Notes under the pieces: model-generated
Database searches by the model: none
Seen by the model: the letters and a program-made list of their open reading frames with translations, nothing else
Told to the model about the DNA's origin: nothing
Shown: one piece after another, positions 19,801 to 27,967 of the stretch
Position numbering within the stretch: the stretch's first letter is position 1
How the letters are laid out: each line of letters opens with the position of its first letter
Source of the DNA: a virus
Virus record (IMG/VR): IMGVR_UViG_3300021400_000042
Reading direction: 5' to 3' (one strand)
Length of the DNA: 64,000 nt
Translations under genes and position numbers: made by a program

Positions 19801-22800
19801 AGGAGTCCTGGGAGTGGCAGAACAACACTTCCGACCGTATGCTTTTCAAGTCTGATGACTTTGACAGCATTTATACGGATCCGGAGACTCTGGAACAGTT
19901 CCCGGCATGGAAGAACGACTTTGAAGCACGTTTCCCGGAAGATACCTGGGAAGATATCGACAAACTGAAAGAGTGGATCAGCTGGGTAGTATCTACAGAC
20001 CGCGATCAGGCTACAGGTGATGCTCTTGAAGCTCCTGTAACCTATGACGGAACTGAGTACACTGCCGATACTGCGGAATATCGTCTGGCGAAGTTCAAAG
20101 CAGAACTGGCGGATTATGCAGAGGTTGACACTCTGATTTTCTACTATGTATGGACAGAATTCTTCCTGATGGTAGACTCCCGTGCAAAGAACCTGTTCAT
20201 GGGCTTCCATGGCAGCCCGTGTGAGATCGAGGGTAGCGCGATTGATCGTAAGATCGTCGCAGAGCCTTACGATATGGATACCGGCCTGGGAACCAACAAT
20301 GAAGGTACTCTGACATACACCTACAGTCTGGAAGATCTGGACACGATTGCCGGCGCGGATGTTTTCAACGGACAGCACTCTGTACTGTGGTGCAACCTGA
20401 GAGATACGCACAGAGCCGCAATCGTCAACATGTATCAGACGCTCCGTTCCTCCGGCGGCCTTAACTACAAAGCAGTTGAGAAGCGCTATGAGGATGCACA
20501 GAATATCTGGCCGGAAGCAGTCTGGAATGAAGACGGAAGGATCAAATATACCGATCCTCTGACCAATCCGGAGACCGGTAAAGAACCGACGGCCTTCTAT
20601 CTTCCCATGGCACAGGGATCAAAGGAGCAGCAGCGTAAATGGTGGCTGGGTAACCGTTTCGCGTACATGGACAGCAAATGGAATGCCGGTGATGCACTGG
20701 CACAGGTCATTCAGCTTCGTGGCTATGCAAAAGCGGATATCACGGTTACACCTTACATTGACCTGTATCCGACGGTCAAATATGGATCCTACCTGGTACA
20801 GCAGAGAGGTACGGCGGGGACACCTGCTACACTGGCCTGCCCGATGGATTCTGTGAATGATACTGAGATCTATATTTACAGTGCGCCGCAGATTGCAAGC
20901 GTGGGCGATCTGTCCGGGCTGAAAGTCGGTGTCGCTGACTTCTCTCAGGCTACAAACATTCAGGAGGTCAAACTGGGTGATGCGGATCCGAGTTACGAAA
21001 ACAACAACATGAAGCGTCTGAGCTTCGGCAGCAACGTTCTTCTGAAGAAGATCGATGTCCGGAACTGTGCGATGCTTGGAACCGACGAACAGAAGAGCGT
21101 GGACGTTTCCAACTGCGCTATTCTGGAAGAGGCTTACTTCGACGGCACAGCTATTCAGGGTCTTTCCCTTCCGAATGGCGGCGTGCTGAGAGTGCTGCAC
21201 GTACCGGCTACAATGTCGAACCTGACGATCAGGAACCAGAAGAACCTTGCAGAGTTTGTTATCCCGTCCTACAGCAATATCTCGACGTTGTGGCTGGAAA
21301 ACAACAGCGCCGTGATTGATACTCTGGATATTGTGAAGAAGGTTCCGGCAAATGCCCGTATCCATCTGGTAGGGGTAGCGTGGGAAGCGGCTGACGCGGC
21401 AGAGATCAGAACCGTCCTGGATCTTCTTGATACAATGAGAGGTCTGGATGACTACGGCAACAACCAGGATCAGGCGTATGTTTCCGGATCCATCCACACA
21501 AGCAGCCTGACCGGTGCTGAAGTGGCGGAGTTTGAAGGCAGATACCCGTATCTGAAGATCCTTGCTGACCACACAACGTCTTACCGCACCTATGCGGATT
21601 ATGACGGTACAGAGCTGAAGAAGGTTGCTTGCATCGACGGCGTACCGCAGGAGAGCGCACCGGCCAATCCGTCTAGGGCGCAGACAGCTCAGTACAGCTA
21701 TTCCTTCGTGGGATGGTCTAAGAGCATGAACGCTGAGACAGCGGACTCTGATGCACTGGATAACGTGATTGCTGACAGGACGATCTATGCGGCCTACAGC
21801 AAGACCGTGAGGGAATACACCGTAACATGGAAGAATGCGGATGGAACCACTCTCAGAACGGATACGCTGAAATATGGCGCAACACCGTCCTGGGGACAGG
21901 CTATGCCGACCAATTCCAGCGGCCAGACGGCACAGGGATGGACACCGACGATCAGCACGGTCACCGGTAACGCAACCTATACCGCGTCCTACATTCCGGT
22001 ATACAACGTATACTTCTACAACGGTACGACGCTGCTGAAGGAACAGCAGGTACAGCAGGGTGGAAATGCTACACCGCCGAGTGAAACACCTGTGAGCGCG
22101 GACGGTCCGGATTATGAATTCACCGGATGGCTGCCGGGGTACACGAACATTCAGGGTAACACTTCCTGCTATGCACAGTTCAAAGCTCCGAGTGCTGTGA
22201 AGGAAATCACGGATGACTGGGCAACCATTGTCTCAAAGATTGCGAACGGCACGGCAAATTACCAGGTAGGTAACTACAAGCCTCTGGACCTTGGTACAGA
22301 GGGCGTTGTCAATATGCAGATCGTTGGTAAGAATACCAGTCCTCTTGCATCCGGCAGCGGAACAGCTACTTATGACTGGCTGAGTATGGAACTGCTTGCA
22401 ACTGACCATAGAATGAACCCGTCCAACAACAATAACGCTGAAGGAACCGGGTCTATCGGTGGTTGGGAGAAGTGTGAAATGAGGAAGTACCTCAAAGAGA
22501 CCATTAAGCCGCTCATACCTGAGACGGTTAGAAATGCAATCAAAGAGGTTACGAAGTATTCGCGTATCTTTGATACAAGCGGAACTGCAGTCAACGATGT
22601 GGCATCGACAGAAGATGTCTGGATCCCGTCCAAACGTGAAATGTTTGGTGCAATCAGTAATGCAGAGACGATGGGACCGATCTATGACGGAATCTTCACG
22701 GATAATGCAAGCCGTGTGAAGAAGAAAGTAGGCGCGTCCAGCGCCTCGTTCTGGTGGTGCCGGTCCGCTGGTACCAACCATGGCTTCAGTGGTGTGAACA

Positions 22801-22868
22801 GCAGCGGCGGCAATAGCTATAACGGCGCGAGCAACTCCTACCCGCTGGCCCTGGGCTTCTCAATTTAA
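16839..22868 (+). CDS. giant receptor-binding / tail fibre protein; DGR target 1
   Basis: 2009 aa. Segments read by eye: BppU-N-like anchor, coiled coil, Gly linker, LamG-like segment, a CotH-like segment (DSRAKNLFM…EPYDMDTGLG), an LRR-like segment, and Listeria-Bacteroides-type repeats (YTVTWKNADGTTL…). The C-terminal domain ends …FWWCRSAGTNHGFSGVNSSGGNSYNGASNSYPLALGFSI, which is the VR. Confidence 0.9.
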   Translation: MIIHEFDLDMIPGGNVPSIRVNQYDEDFNLKINLFSRNGNFSVLSGTTALVRGTKPDGNAYSAEASVNGTVVTVTGNQQITAAAGRAIFEISLRRNGRELNTANFVIDIEQAAMDKDTVASTSVVRELVDIMDNSEEIINAGQQYENSQRAMEELTARSEAAAETATTMKTQTEEIATQTAEKWTEVSEQMDRKSAAIATLVSNADQVAAEASEKAGNALNEAAEVSNSLEDIQGKVTALELGQNNYVADGYVEDEEAVFVDKDGNEMFRITGIGGSGGGGGSSDQTVKSQVTMDNMTGWLSKTIAAGAECPVSFVWSSTMEGIPTGNGVVSVTVNNVVKATMDVAQGAVEIDLTPYMTASVNRVEVRVTDIEGQYKRINYSITIMQLSLSSTFDVATPYTGAIPFPYTPIGAVQKTVHFILDGTEIGTQQTSVTGRQMTYTIPAQAHGGHSIRVYFEAEINGETVRSNELYYEFTCLEAMSDEVIITSPYNQATQPQYTSIAIPFTVYDPVSPTAEVKIYANGELLSTQTVDRSEQSYTYRATEAGPLVIEIKSHETTKTFNIEITESDVHAEAETENLMLFLSSQGRSNNEENPWTWVSNVGENDVSAVLSGFNGASDGWQTDESGITCLRVTGGARVQIPYQIFAADARRTGLTFEIEYATRNVSDYNATILSCMNGGRGLEITPQRATLKSEQTELYMQYKEGEHIRVAYTIGKRSENRLVKSYIDGKIARVTQYPDDDDFAQVAPVGISIGSDNCTIDIYCIRVYTNDLTANQVMDNWIADTQDGSLMLERYARNQIFDAYGQVVPGQLPSNLPYMIIECEELPQYKGDKKTVNVSYTDPLYPSHSFTAEKVQANVQGTSSAPYAVKNLDLQFKGGFEMTTTGHSKLYRLRDDSMPTARFVLKADVASSESANNTQLVRLYNDLCPYKTPEMEEDERVRWGIDGIQIVMFWRDTVTGDLHFKGKYNFNFPKRFPEGYGYTEDQESWEWQNNTSDRMLFKSDDFDSIYTDPETLEQFPAWKNDFEARFPEDTWEDIDKLKEWISWVVSTDRDQATGDALEAPVTYDGTEYTADTAEYRLAKFKAELADYAEVDTLIFYYVWTEFFLMVDSRAKNLFMGFHGSPCEIEGSAIDRKIVAEPYDMDTGLGTNNEGTLTYTYSLEDLDTIAGADVFNGQHSVLWCNLRDTHRAAIVNMYQTLRSSGGLNYKAVEKRYEDAQNIWPEAVWNEDGRIKYTDPLTNPETGKEPTAFYLPMAQGSKEQQRKWWLGNRFAYMDSKWNAGDALAQVIQLRGYAKADITVTPYIDLYPTVKYGSYLVQQRGTAGTPATLACPMDSVNDTEIYIYSAPQIASVGDLSGLKVGVADFSQATNIQEVKLGDADPSYENNNMKRLSFGSNVLLKKIDVRNCAMLGTDEQKSVDVSNCAILEEAYFDGTAIQGLSLPNGGVLRVLHVPATMSNLTIRNQKNLAEFVIPSYSNISTLWLENNSAVIDTLDIVKKVPANARIHLVGVAWEAADAAEIRTVLDLLDTMRGLDDYGNNQDQAYVSGSIHTSSLTGAEVAEFEGRYPYLKILADHTTSYRTYADYDGTELKKVACIDGVPQESAPANPSRAQTAQYSYSFVGWSKSMNAETADSDALDNVIADRTIYAAYSKTVREYTVTWKNADGTTLRTDTLKYGATPSWGQAMPTNSSGQTAQGWTPTISTVTGNATYTASYIPVYNVYFYNGTTLLKEQQVQQGGNATPPSETPVSADGPDYEFTGWLPGYTNIQGNTSCYAQFKAPSAVKEITDDWATIVSKIANGTANYQVGNYKPLDLGTEGVVNMQIVGKNTSPLASGSGTATYDWLSMELLATDHRMNPSNNNNAEGTGSIGGWEKCEMRKYLKETIKPLIPETVRNAIKEVTKYSRIFDTSGTAVNDVASTEDVWIPSKREMFGAISNAETMGPIYDGIFTDNASRVKKKVGASSASFWWCRSAGTNHGFSGVNSSGGNSYNGASNSYPLALGFSI
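22735..22862 (+). repeat. DGR variable repeat 1 (VR1)
   Basis: 128 nt colinear with TR 23463-23590. All about 14 body mismatches fall on TR adenines (AAY codons). The 3' end reads GGGCTTCTCA versus TR GGGATCCTCA (IMH versus IMH*). Confidence 0.9.
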
Positions 22869-22880
22869 GCCCGTATCCAT

Positions 22881-22907
22881 GATCTGGCCCGCTTGTCGGG
22901 CCAGATC
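22881..22907 (+). promoter_or_regulatory. VR1-flanking hairpin (11-bp stem GATCTGGCCCG / CGGGCCAGATC, loop CTTGT)
   Basis: Perfect inverted repeat 18 nt after VR1. The same GCCCG-CTTGT-CGGGC core follows VR2. Confidence 0.7.
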
Positions 22908-22934
22908 CCCCGGCTTGCAAGGAACCCACCTTTT

Positions 22935-22965
22935 CCGCCGCGTAAGCGGCGGCGAATTTTTGGGG
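22935..22965 (+). terminator. rho-independent terminator after the RBP gene
   Basis: CCGCCGC-GTAA-GCGGCGG followed by CGAATTTTT. Confidence 0.6.
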
Positions 22966-22976
22966 ATTTTTTAGGG

Positions 22977-23005
22977 TAGACGAACGGCGTAAGCTGAAGT
23001 ATAAT
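22977..23005 (+). promoter_or_regulatory. candidate promoter of the avd-TR-RT unit (TAGACG - 17 nt - TATAAT)
   Basis: Consensus -10 at 23000-23005 and a 4/6 -35 match. Confidence 0.4.
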
Positions 23006-23030
23006 GACGTGCTGAAAGTAGGTGAAAGCA

Positions 23031-23435
23031 ATGTCGGTCATCCGTAGTAAACGCGCGGAGTCCGAAATGGAGTTTATCCATACTGCCCGACAGCTTCAGG
23101 TCTATACGATTCAGAAGTGTGTCGGATTTCCCAAACGGTACACATTTTACATCGCCCAACCGATTGCAAATGCAGCTACACGGGTGCATGAGCTGACGAA
23201 GATGGCGAATAGTGTCTATCCCACCAATTCCCATGAAGTCCAGCTTCGGCGGGACTATCTCCTCAGAGCAAATGCAGAATTGAACAGCCTTGTCTCACAG
23301 ATCGAAGTCGCTCATGAGCTATTCGGTCTTGAACCCAATGTCATGAAATTCTGGATGGATCTGGTGGATAAGGAGATCCGTTTGGTAAAGGGAACTCTGA
23401 AAAAGGACAAAGAGCGTTACAAGAATATCACATAA
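23031..23435 (+). CDS. avd: DGR accessory variability determinant (Avd-like four-helix-bundle protein)
   Basis: ~134-aa basic helical protein between VR and TR, the canonical position. ATG 23031 follows AGGTGA (the track starts at GTG 23022). Confidence 0.7.
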   Translation: MSVIRSKRAESEMEFIHTARQLQVYTIQKCVGFPKRYTFYIAQPIANAATRVHELTKMANSVYPTNSHEVQLRRDYLLRANAELNSLVSQIEVAHELFGLEPNVMKFWMDLVDKEIRLVKGTLKKDKERYKNIT

Positions 23436-23462
23436 GTTTATTTTGGGTTTTGTTCTAAACAT

Positions 23463-23590
23463 CGTCCAGCGCCTCGTTCTGGTGGTGCCGGTCCGCTAAT
23501 AACAACAATAACTTCAATGGTGTGAACAGCAGCGGCAACAATAACAATAACAACGCGAACAACTCCTACCCGCTGGCCCTGGGATCCTCA
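23463..23590 (+). repeat. DGR template repeat (TR)
   Basis: Non-coding copy of the VRs with a run of AAC/AAT codons, located between avd and RT. Confidence 0.9.
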
Positions 23591-23816
23591 TCTGTGAGAC
23601 AAAGTAACCCATGAGGGCGAAATCAGTGCAAGAGGATGAGAAGGAGAATAGAACCCTCCATGCGGAAGCATGGTAAATAATGCCCTTGATAGGTCTGGGC
23701 GGACGCTGCTTGCATGGCGGTGCTTGATGGTGATGCACCGTTTCATGCCCACTGACCTTACGCGGCTATATGTAACCATCCGGCAGCCGTACAGGGGCAA
23801 TTTTAAAAAAGGACTG

Positions 23817-24971
23817 ATGACAATGACCAGTGAAGAACGTCGGGAGGGACGGTATCAGAGAAGGATTGCAAAGCGCATGGCGAAGAGAAATCAGAGCCGT
23901 GCTTTTTGTGATGACTTCAACACCGTATTCTCTTATGAAAATCTTTACCGGTCATATAAGAAATGCCGCAGGAATGTGGCGTGGAAAGCATCCGTCCAGA
24001 AATACATCACGCAAGCGCCTTTGATGGTCAATCAGACATACGAAAAGCTGCAGGCGGGGAAATTCAAGTCCAGCGGCTTTTATGAGTTTGATATCAATGA
24101 GCGTGGGAAGATCCGGCATATTAAGTCGGTGACTATAACAGAAAGAGTGGTACAGCGCTGTCTGTGCGATAATGCGCTTGTACCCATGCTGAGTCCTACT
24201 TTCATCTATGATAATGGTGCTTCACTGGAAAACCGTGGATATCATTTCTCCATACGGCGGATGGTGAGACACCTGCAGGAGCATTACCGGAAACATGGTA
24301 CAGAAGGTTATGTCCTGCTTTTTGATTTTTCCAAATTCTTTGATAATGTCTCTCATGAACTGTGCAAGCAAATCATGAGAGAACAGTTCACCGATGAAAG
24401 GGTCATAGGTATCACAGATCATTTCATTGACATGTTCGGTGATGTCGGCCTGGGACTTGGAAGTCAGATCAGTCAGACATTCGCTCTGGCCTCTGCAAAT
24501 CGTCTCGATCATTATGTGAAAGAGGTACTGCGGATCAGAGGCTATGGACGGTATATGGATGACGGGTATCTGATTCACGAGAGTAAGGAATACCTGCAGC
24601 ACTGCCTGACGGAAATCCGGCGGGTATGTAGGGAACTTGGGATCACGATCAATGAGAAGAAAACGCAGATTGTGAAGATATCCCATGGTTTTACCTTCCT
24701 GAAAGCTCGTTTTTACCTCACTGAAACCGGAAAAGTTGTCCGGAAAATATATAAAAAGTCCATCGTCCGGGAGCGGCGCAAGCTGAAAAAGTTTGTGCCT
24801 CTTCTGGAAAACGGGGTCATGAGCTACACGGACGTTGCGACGGCCTTTCAGTCGTGGTGTGCGTATGCAAAGAACTTCAGCGCATGGCATACGATACAGA
24901 ATATGTGTCGATTGTATAATCAACTATTCATTTATCCCTGGATAATACAGGGAGGGACACAAGGTTGCTGA
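23817..24971 (+). CDS. DGR reverse transcriptase
   Basis: Motifs …LLFDFSKFFDNV…, GLGLGSQISQTFA (DGR-type SQ motif) and GRYMDDGYL. The start is uncertain (ATG 23817 or 23823; the track ORF starts at 23670). Confidence 0.9.
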   Translation: MTMTSEERREGRYQRRIAKRMAKRNQSRAFCDDFNTVFSYENLYRSYKKCRRNVAWKASVQKYITQAPLMVNQTYEKLQAGKFKSSGFYEFDINERGKIRHIKSVTITERVVQRCLCDNALVPMLSPTFIYDNGASLENRGYHFSIRRMVRHLQEHYRKHGTEGYVLLFDFSKFFDNVSHELCKQIMREQFTDERVIGITDHFIDMFGDVGLGLGSQISQTFALASANRLDHYVKEVLRIRGYGRYMDDGYLIHESKEYLQHCLTEIRRVCRELGITINEKKTQIVKISHGFTFLKARFYLTETGKVVRKIYKKSIVRERRKLKKFVPLLENGVMSYTDVATAFQSWCAYAKNFSAWHTIQNMCRLYNQLFIYPWIIQGGTQGC

Positions 24972-25030
24972 AAGCATCTTCCAGACGGGAGGTGCTTTTT
25001 TAATGCCCAAAAGAAAGGAGATTCAGCAAG

Positions 25031-25372
25031 ATGAAACTGGAAATGGTATTGATGGATGGAACGGCGGTGGAACTGATTGAGGCTTCTTATCCGCAGCACT
25101 ATGTCCTGTCCTGTGGGAGCCGGACGGCCTTCACAAAGATCTGGGGCAAGATGACGGATGAAAACATCTCGGAGATTCACATCAAAGAAGATGATGAAGA
25201 GAAGGCCATCATCGTAGGATCCCGGCTTGTCGGAACTCAGACAGTAAACTTCCCCAACAATGTAATGCTTGGTCATTTCTACTTCAGCGGCGGCGATGTG
25301 TACGGCCCCGGTGAGTATCCGCCTGCAGAGGAAGAGGAATTTATTGATGAGGAAGAGACACCTGACGAATAA
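25031..25372 (+). CDS. hypothetical protein with an acidic C-terminus
   Basis: 113-aa ORF with RBS AAAGGAG. Confidence 0.55.
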   Translation: MKLEMVLMDGTAVELIEASYPQHYVLSCGSRTAFTKIWGKMTDENISEIHIKEDDEEKAIIVGSRLVGTQTVNFPNNVMLGHFYFSGGDVYGPGEYPPAEEEEFIDEEETPDE

Positions 25373-25403
25373 TCACGGCTTCAACAGAAAGGAGAACTGA
25401 CCA

Positions 25404-25799
25404 ATGGACTTTCTTCAGACGCTCATCGGCGGATTGATCGGTGGTGGGCTTATAGGCTTTATCGAATTCCTTATCCGCCGAAAGGATGAAAAGGAAGACA
25501 AAAACAGCGAGATCCTGAAAGCTGTGAAAGATCTGTCGAAAAAGGTTTCTGACATTGAAACACGCCTCGATAAAGAAAACGCTGACAATGCCCGGAGAAA
25601 TATCCTGGCATTCGATGACGAATTGAGGCGCGGCATGGACCATTCAGAGGAAAGTTTTAACCAGATCCTCGAAGACACCAACTTTTATACCCGCTATTGC
25701 AAGGATCACCCTGAATACGAGAATAACAAGGCGATCAATGCGATAGCACATATCAACACAGTTTATCAGCATGTGAAAGCTGAAAACAAGTTCATCTGA
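25404..25799 (+). CDS. hypothetical membrane-anchored coiled-coil protein next to the lysis cassette
   Basis: N-terminal TM segment [22 protein letters not shown]; RBS AAAGGAG. Confidence 0.55.
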   Translation: MDFLQTLIGGLIGGGLIGFIEFLIRRKDEKEDKNSEILKAVKDLSKKVSDIETRLDKENADNARRNILAFDDELRRGMDHSEESFNQILEDTNFYTRYCKDHPEYENNKAINAIAHINTVYQHVKAENKFI

Positions 25800-25813
25800 G
25801 AAAGGAGATCATC

Positions 25814-26008
25814 ATGAATAAGAGAACATGGATTCAGGCAGCAGGAGTAAGAGCGATTAAGACGGTTGCACAGACAGCAGTGGCCACCATCGGTACTGCC
25901 GCCGTACTCGGTGATGTGAACTGGGTTGCTGTGGCAAGCGCGTCCGTACTGGCAGGCATCCTGTCTCTGCTGACCAGCGTTGCCGGCCTTCCCGAAGTCG
26001 AAGCGTGA
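25814..26008 (+). CDS. holin
   Basis: 64 aa with two hydrophobic segments, immediately upstream of the endolysin. Confidence 0.7.
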   Translation: MNKRTWIQAAGVRAIKTVAQTAVATIGTAAVLGDVNWVAVASASVLAGILSLLTSVAGLPEVEA

Positions 26009-26130
26009 GACACGCGCTCATTATCGGAGCCGTCCTGCTATGCGGGGCGGCTCTTACTTTTGGCGGCATGGTAATACATGAACTTGGACGATTTATCAAC
26101 GATGTAAGGGGAGATAACGAATATGAATAA
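26005..26130 (+). CDS. possible 41-aa single-TM protein between holin and endolysin (below the track's size cutoff)
   Basis: GTG overlaps the holin stop (GTGA). The translation is [41 protein letters not shown], and its stop overlaps the endolysin start. Confidence 0.3.
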   Translation: MRHALIIGAVLLCGAALTFGGMVIHELGRFINDVRGDNEYE

Positions 26131-27919
26131 AGAAAATATGGCCGTCCTGACAAATGTTATCGGCGCGGTAGAGTCTGGCGGTCAGATCTACGGGAAGCGC
26201 GACTATTCCGCGTATGCGGCCCCGTACACGAACAGCAATGTGGAGCATACAATCACCCTGGGATGGGCGCAGAACTACGGATCTGAAGCCCACAAGCTGA
26301 TTCAGATGATTTATGATGCGGATCCGGCAGCCTTCAAAAAGATTGATGGGAACGGCAGCATAAAGAAAGCGTTGGCGAAGGACTGGGTAGCTACACGGTG
26401 GAATCCGAGTGCTGCACAGAAGAAGACACTGATTGCCCTGATTTCTTCCGACGCAGGAAAGAAGTGCCAGGACGAACTGTTTGCACAGCTTATGGATACC
26501 TTCATCGCGGAGTGCGAGAAGAAATATACCAAAGATATCAAGGCGGTCATGATGTATTGTCAGATCCGGCATCTGGGTGGCGGTGGTCCTGTAAAGAGGA
26601 TCTTTGACCGGTTGGGAGGAGACTACAGCCTGGACGCGATCATGGCATCTCTGAAGAAGGATCAGAACGATACATCCAATGATAATCAGGTCGGGGACGC
26701 GAAGTTCTGGACCAGACATCAGAAGTGTAAGCAGTTCATTGAGAAGTATGCGGTAGTGGATAAAGTGGATAAAGTAGATGAAAGTGAGGATAAGACAATG
26801 GGAGTAACAGCTGAACAGGTCATTGCGGTATATAGGAGCTGGATCGGGCTGTCCCGTGCGGCCGGCACACACTCTGTTATCCTGGACACATATAACAAGT
26901 ACATTCGGAACCATCCGGGAGCAGGCCGTAACTATCAGGTTCAGAGAAGTGACGCATACTGCGATACTACGTTCTCTGCAGCATTCGTGAAGCTGAATGC
27001 GGTTGACCTGATCGGTGGCGTGGAATGCGGTGTGGAAGAACATGTGAAGATCTTCAAGGCTGCCGGTATCTGGGAAGAGGACGGCAGTATTACGCCTAAA
27101 CCCGGTTACGGCATCATCTATAACTGGGATGATGCGACGCAGCCGAATGACGGCTACAGTGACCATATCGGCATCGTAGAGAAGGTTTCCGGCGGGTACA
27201 TTACCTGCATTGAAGGAAACATGAACGGCGGTGTTGTCGGCCGCAGGACAATTCCGGTTGGCTGGGGGTATATCCGCGGTTTCGCAAAACCGAAATATGC
27301 GACATCCTCCGGTAAGACCGAAGAGAAGCAGGAGCAGACTGCTACACAGCAGCAGGCGGGTGGCGGAACGACACTCAGCAAAGCAAAGAAGTGGAACGGC
27401 ATTGTCGTGGATAAGACCGGCGCAAATGTACGGACCTGGCCGGGAACGGAGAACCATCAGGTTTCCTTCAGTCCTCTGAAATACGGAACCGTGGTAGATG
27501 TCTGCGATACCATCAAAGCGGCGGATCAGACAGACTGGTATTACATCCGGTATAATGGTCGGTATGGTTTTGTCAGTGCTGCCCTCATCCAGCGGAAGGA
27601 AACGGCGGCAGCAGCCCCGTTCACACCGAAGGAACAGGCCACAAAAAAGACGGCCACCTATGGCGCGTCTATCGGTCCTGACAAGTCTGTGGCCGGAACC
27701 TATAAGGTCACAGCTGACAGCCTGAATATCCGGAACCGTGCCGGTGTGGACACGGCTAAAGGGTGTACGATCCTGGGAGCAATTCCGGAGGGGACCAAAG
27801 TCCAGAACTACGGTTTCTATTCCATGGTCGGCGGTGTGAAGTGGCTTTACATTCAGGTCACCTATGACGGTGTGACCTATACCGGTCATTGTTCCGGCGA
27901 ATATCTGAAGAAGGTTTGA
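26123..27919 (+). CDS. multidomain endolysin (N-terminal glycosidase-like domain, CHAP amidase/peptidase, two SH3b-like domains)
   Basis: The CHAP-like segment has …SDAYCDTTFSAAF… and …YSDHIGIVEKV…. Two C-terminal SH3b-like repeats are present. Position after the holin fits. Confidence 0.85.
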   Translation: MNKENMAVLTNVIGAVESGGQIYGKRDYSAYAAPYTNSNVEHTITLGWAQNYGSEAHKLIQMIYDADPAAFKKIDGNGSIKKALAKDWVATRWNPSAAQKKTLIALISSDAGKKCQDELFAQLMDTFIAECEKKYTKDIKAVMMYCQIRHLGGGGPVKRIFDRLGGDYSLDAIMASLKKDQNDTSNDNQVGDAKFWTRHQKCKQFIEKYAVVDKVDKVDESEDKTMGVTAEQVIAVYRSWIGLSRAAGTHSVILDTYNKYIRNHPGAGRNYQVQRSDAYCDTTFSAAFVKLNAVDLIGGVECGVEEHVKIFKAAGIWEEDGSITPKPGYGIIYNWDDATQPNDGYSDHIGIVEKVSGGYITCIEGNMNGGVVGRRTIPVGWGYIRGFAKPKYATSSGKTEEKQEQTATQQQAGGGTTLSKAKKWNGIVVDKTGANVRTWPGTENHQVSFSPLKYGTVVDVCDTIKAADQTDWYYIRYNGRYGFVSAALIQRKETAAAAPFTPKEQATKKTATYGASIGPDKSVAGTYKVTADSLNIRNRAGVDTAKGCTILGAIPEGTKVQNYGFYSMVGGVKWLYIQVTYDGVTYTGHCSGEYLKKV

Positions 27920-27931
27920 TCGGGTTGCCCT

Positions 27932-27966
27932 GGTGAGGATTGAGGTCCTTGCCGGGGCATTTTTTA
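27932..27966 (+). terminator. terminator after the lysis cassette
   Basis: GGTGAGGA-TTGAGG-TCCTTGCC followed by GGGGCATTTTTT. Confidence 0.5.
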
Positions 27967-27967
27967 T

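Larger units (their letters stand above)
22735..24971 (+). mobile_element. diversity-generating retroelement core (VR1 - avd - TR - RT)
   Basis: VR/TR pair with adenine-specific mismatches, plus an Avd-like gene and an RT carrying GSQISQ and YMDD motifs. Confidence 0.9.

Noticed and set aside
18000-20411. 803-aa ORF on the minus strand
   Set aside because: It lies entirely antisense to the well-supported 2009-aa tail fibre gene. Its composition is Arg/Cys/Leu-rich and low-complexity, it has no RBS, and it is typical of an antisense shadow ORF.
22786-23031. Minus-strand ORFs 22786-23031 and 23514-23738 share the same C-terminal peptide (…PGPAGRSCSR.Y.YC.RCCSHH)
   Set aside because: The shared peptide is simply the antisense translation of the VR1/TR repeat, not a gene family.
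23670-23816. Upstream extension of the RT ORF
   Set aside because: DGR RTs normally begin after a structured spacer RNA that follows the TR. The extension has odd composition and no RBS. The true start remains uncertain.
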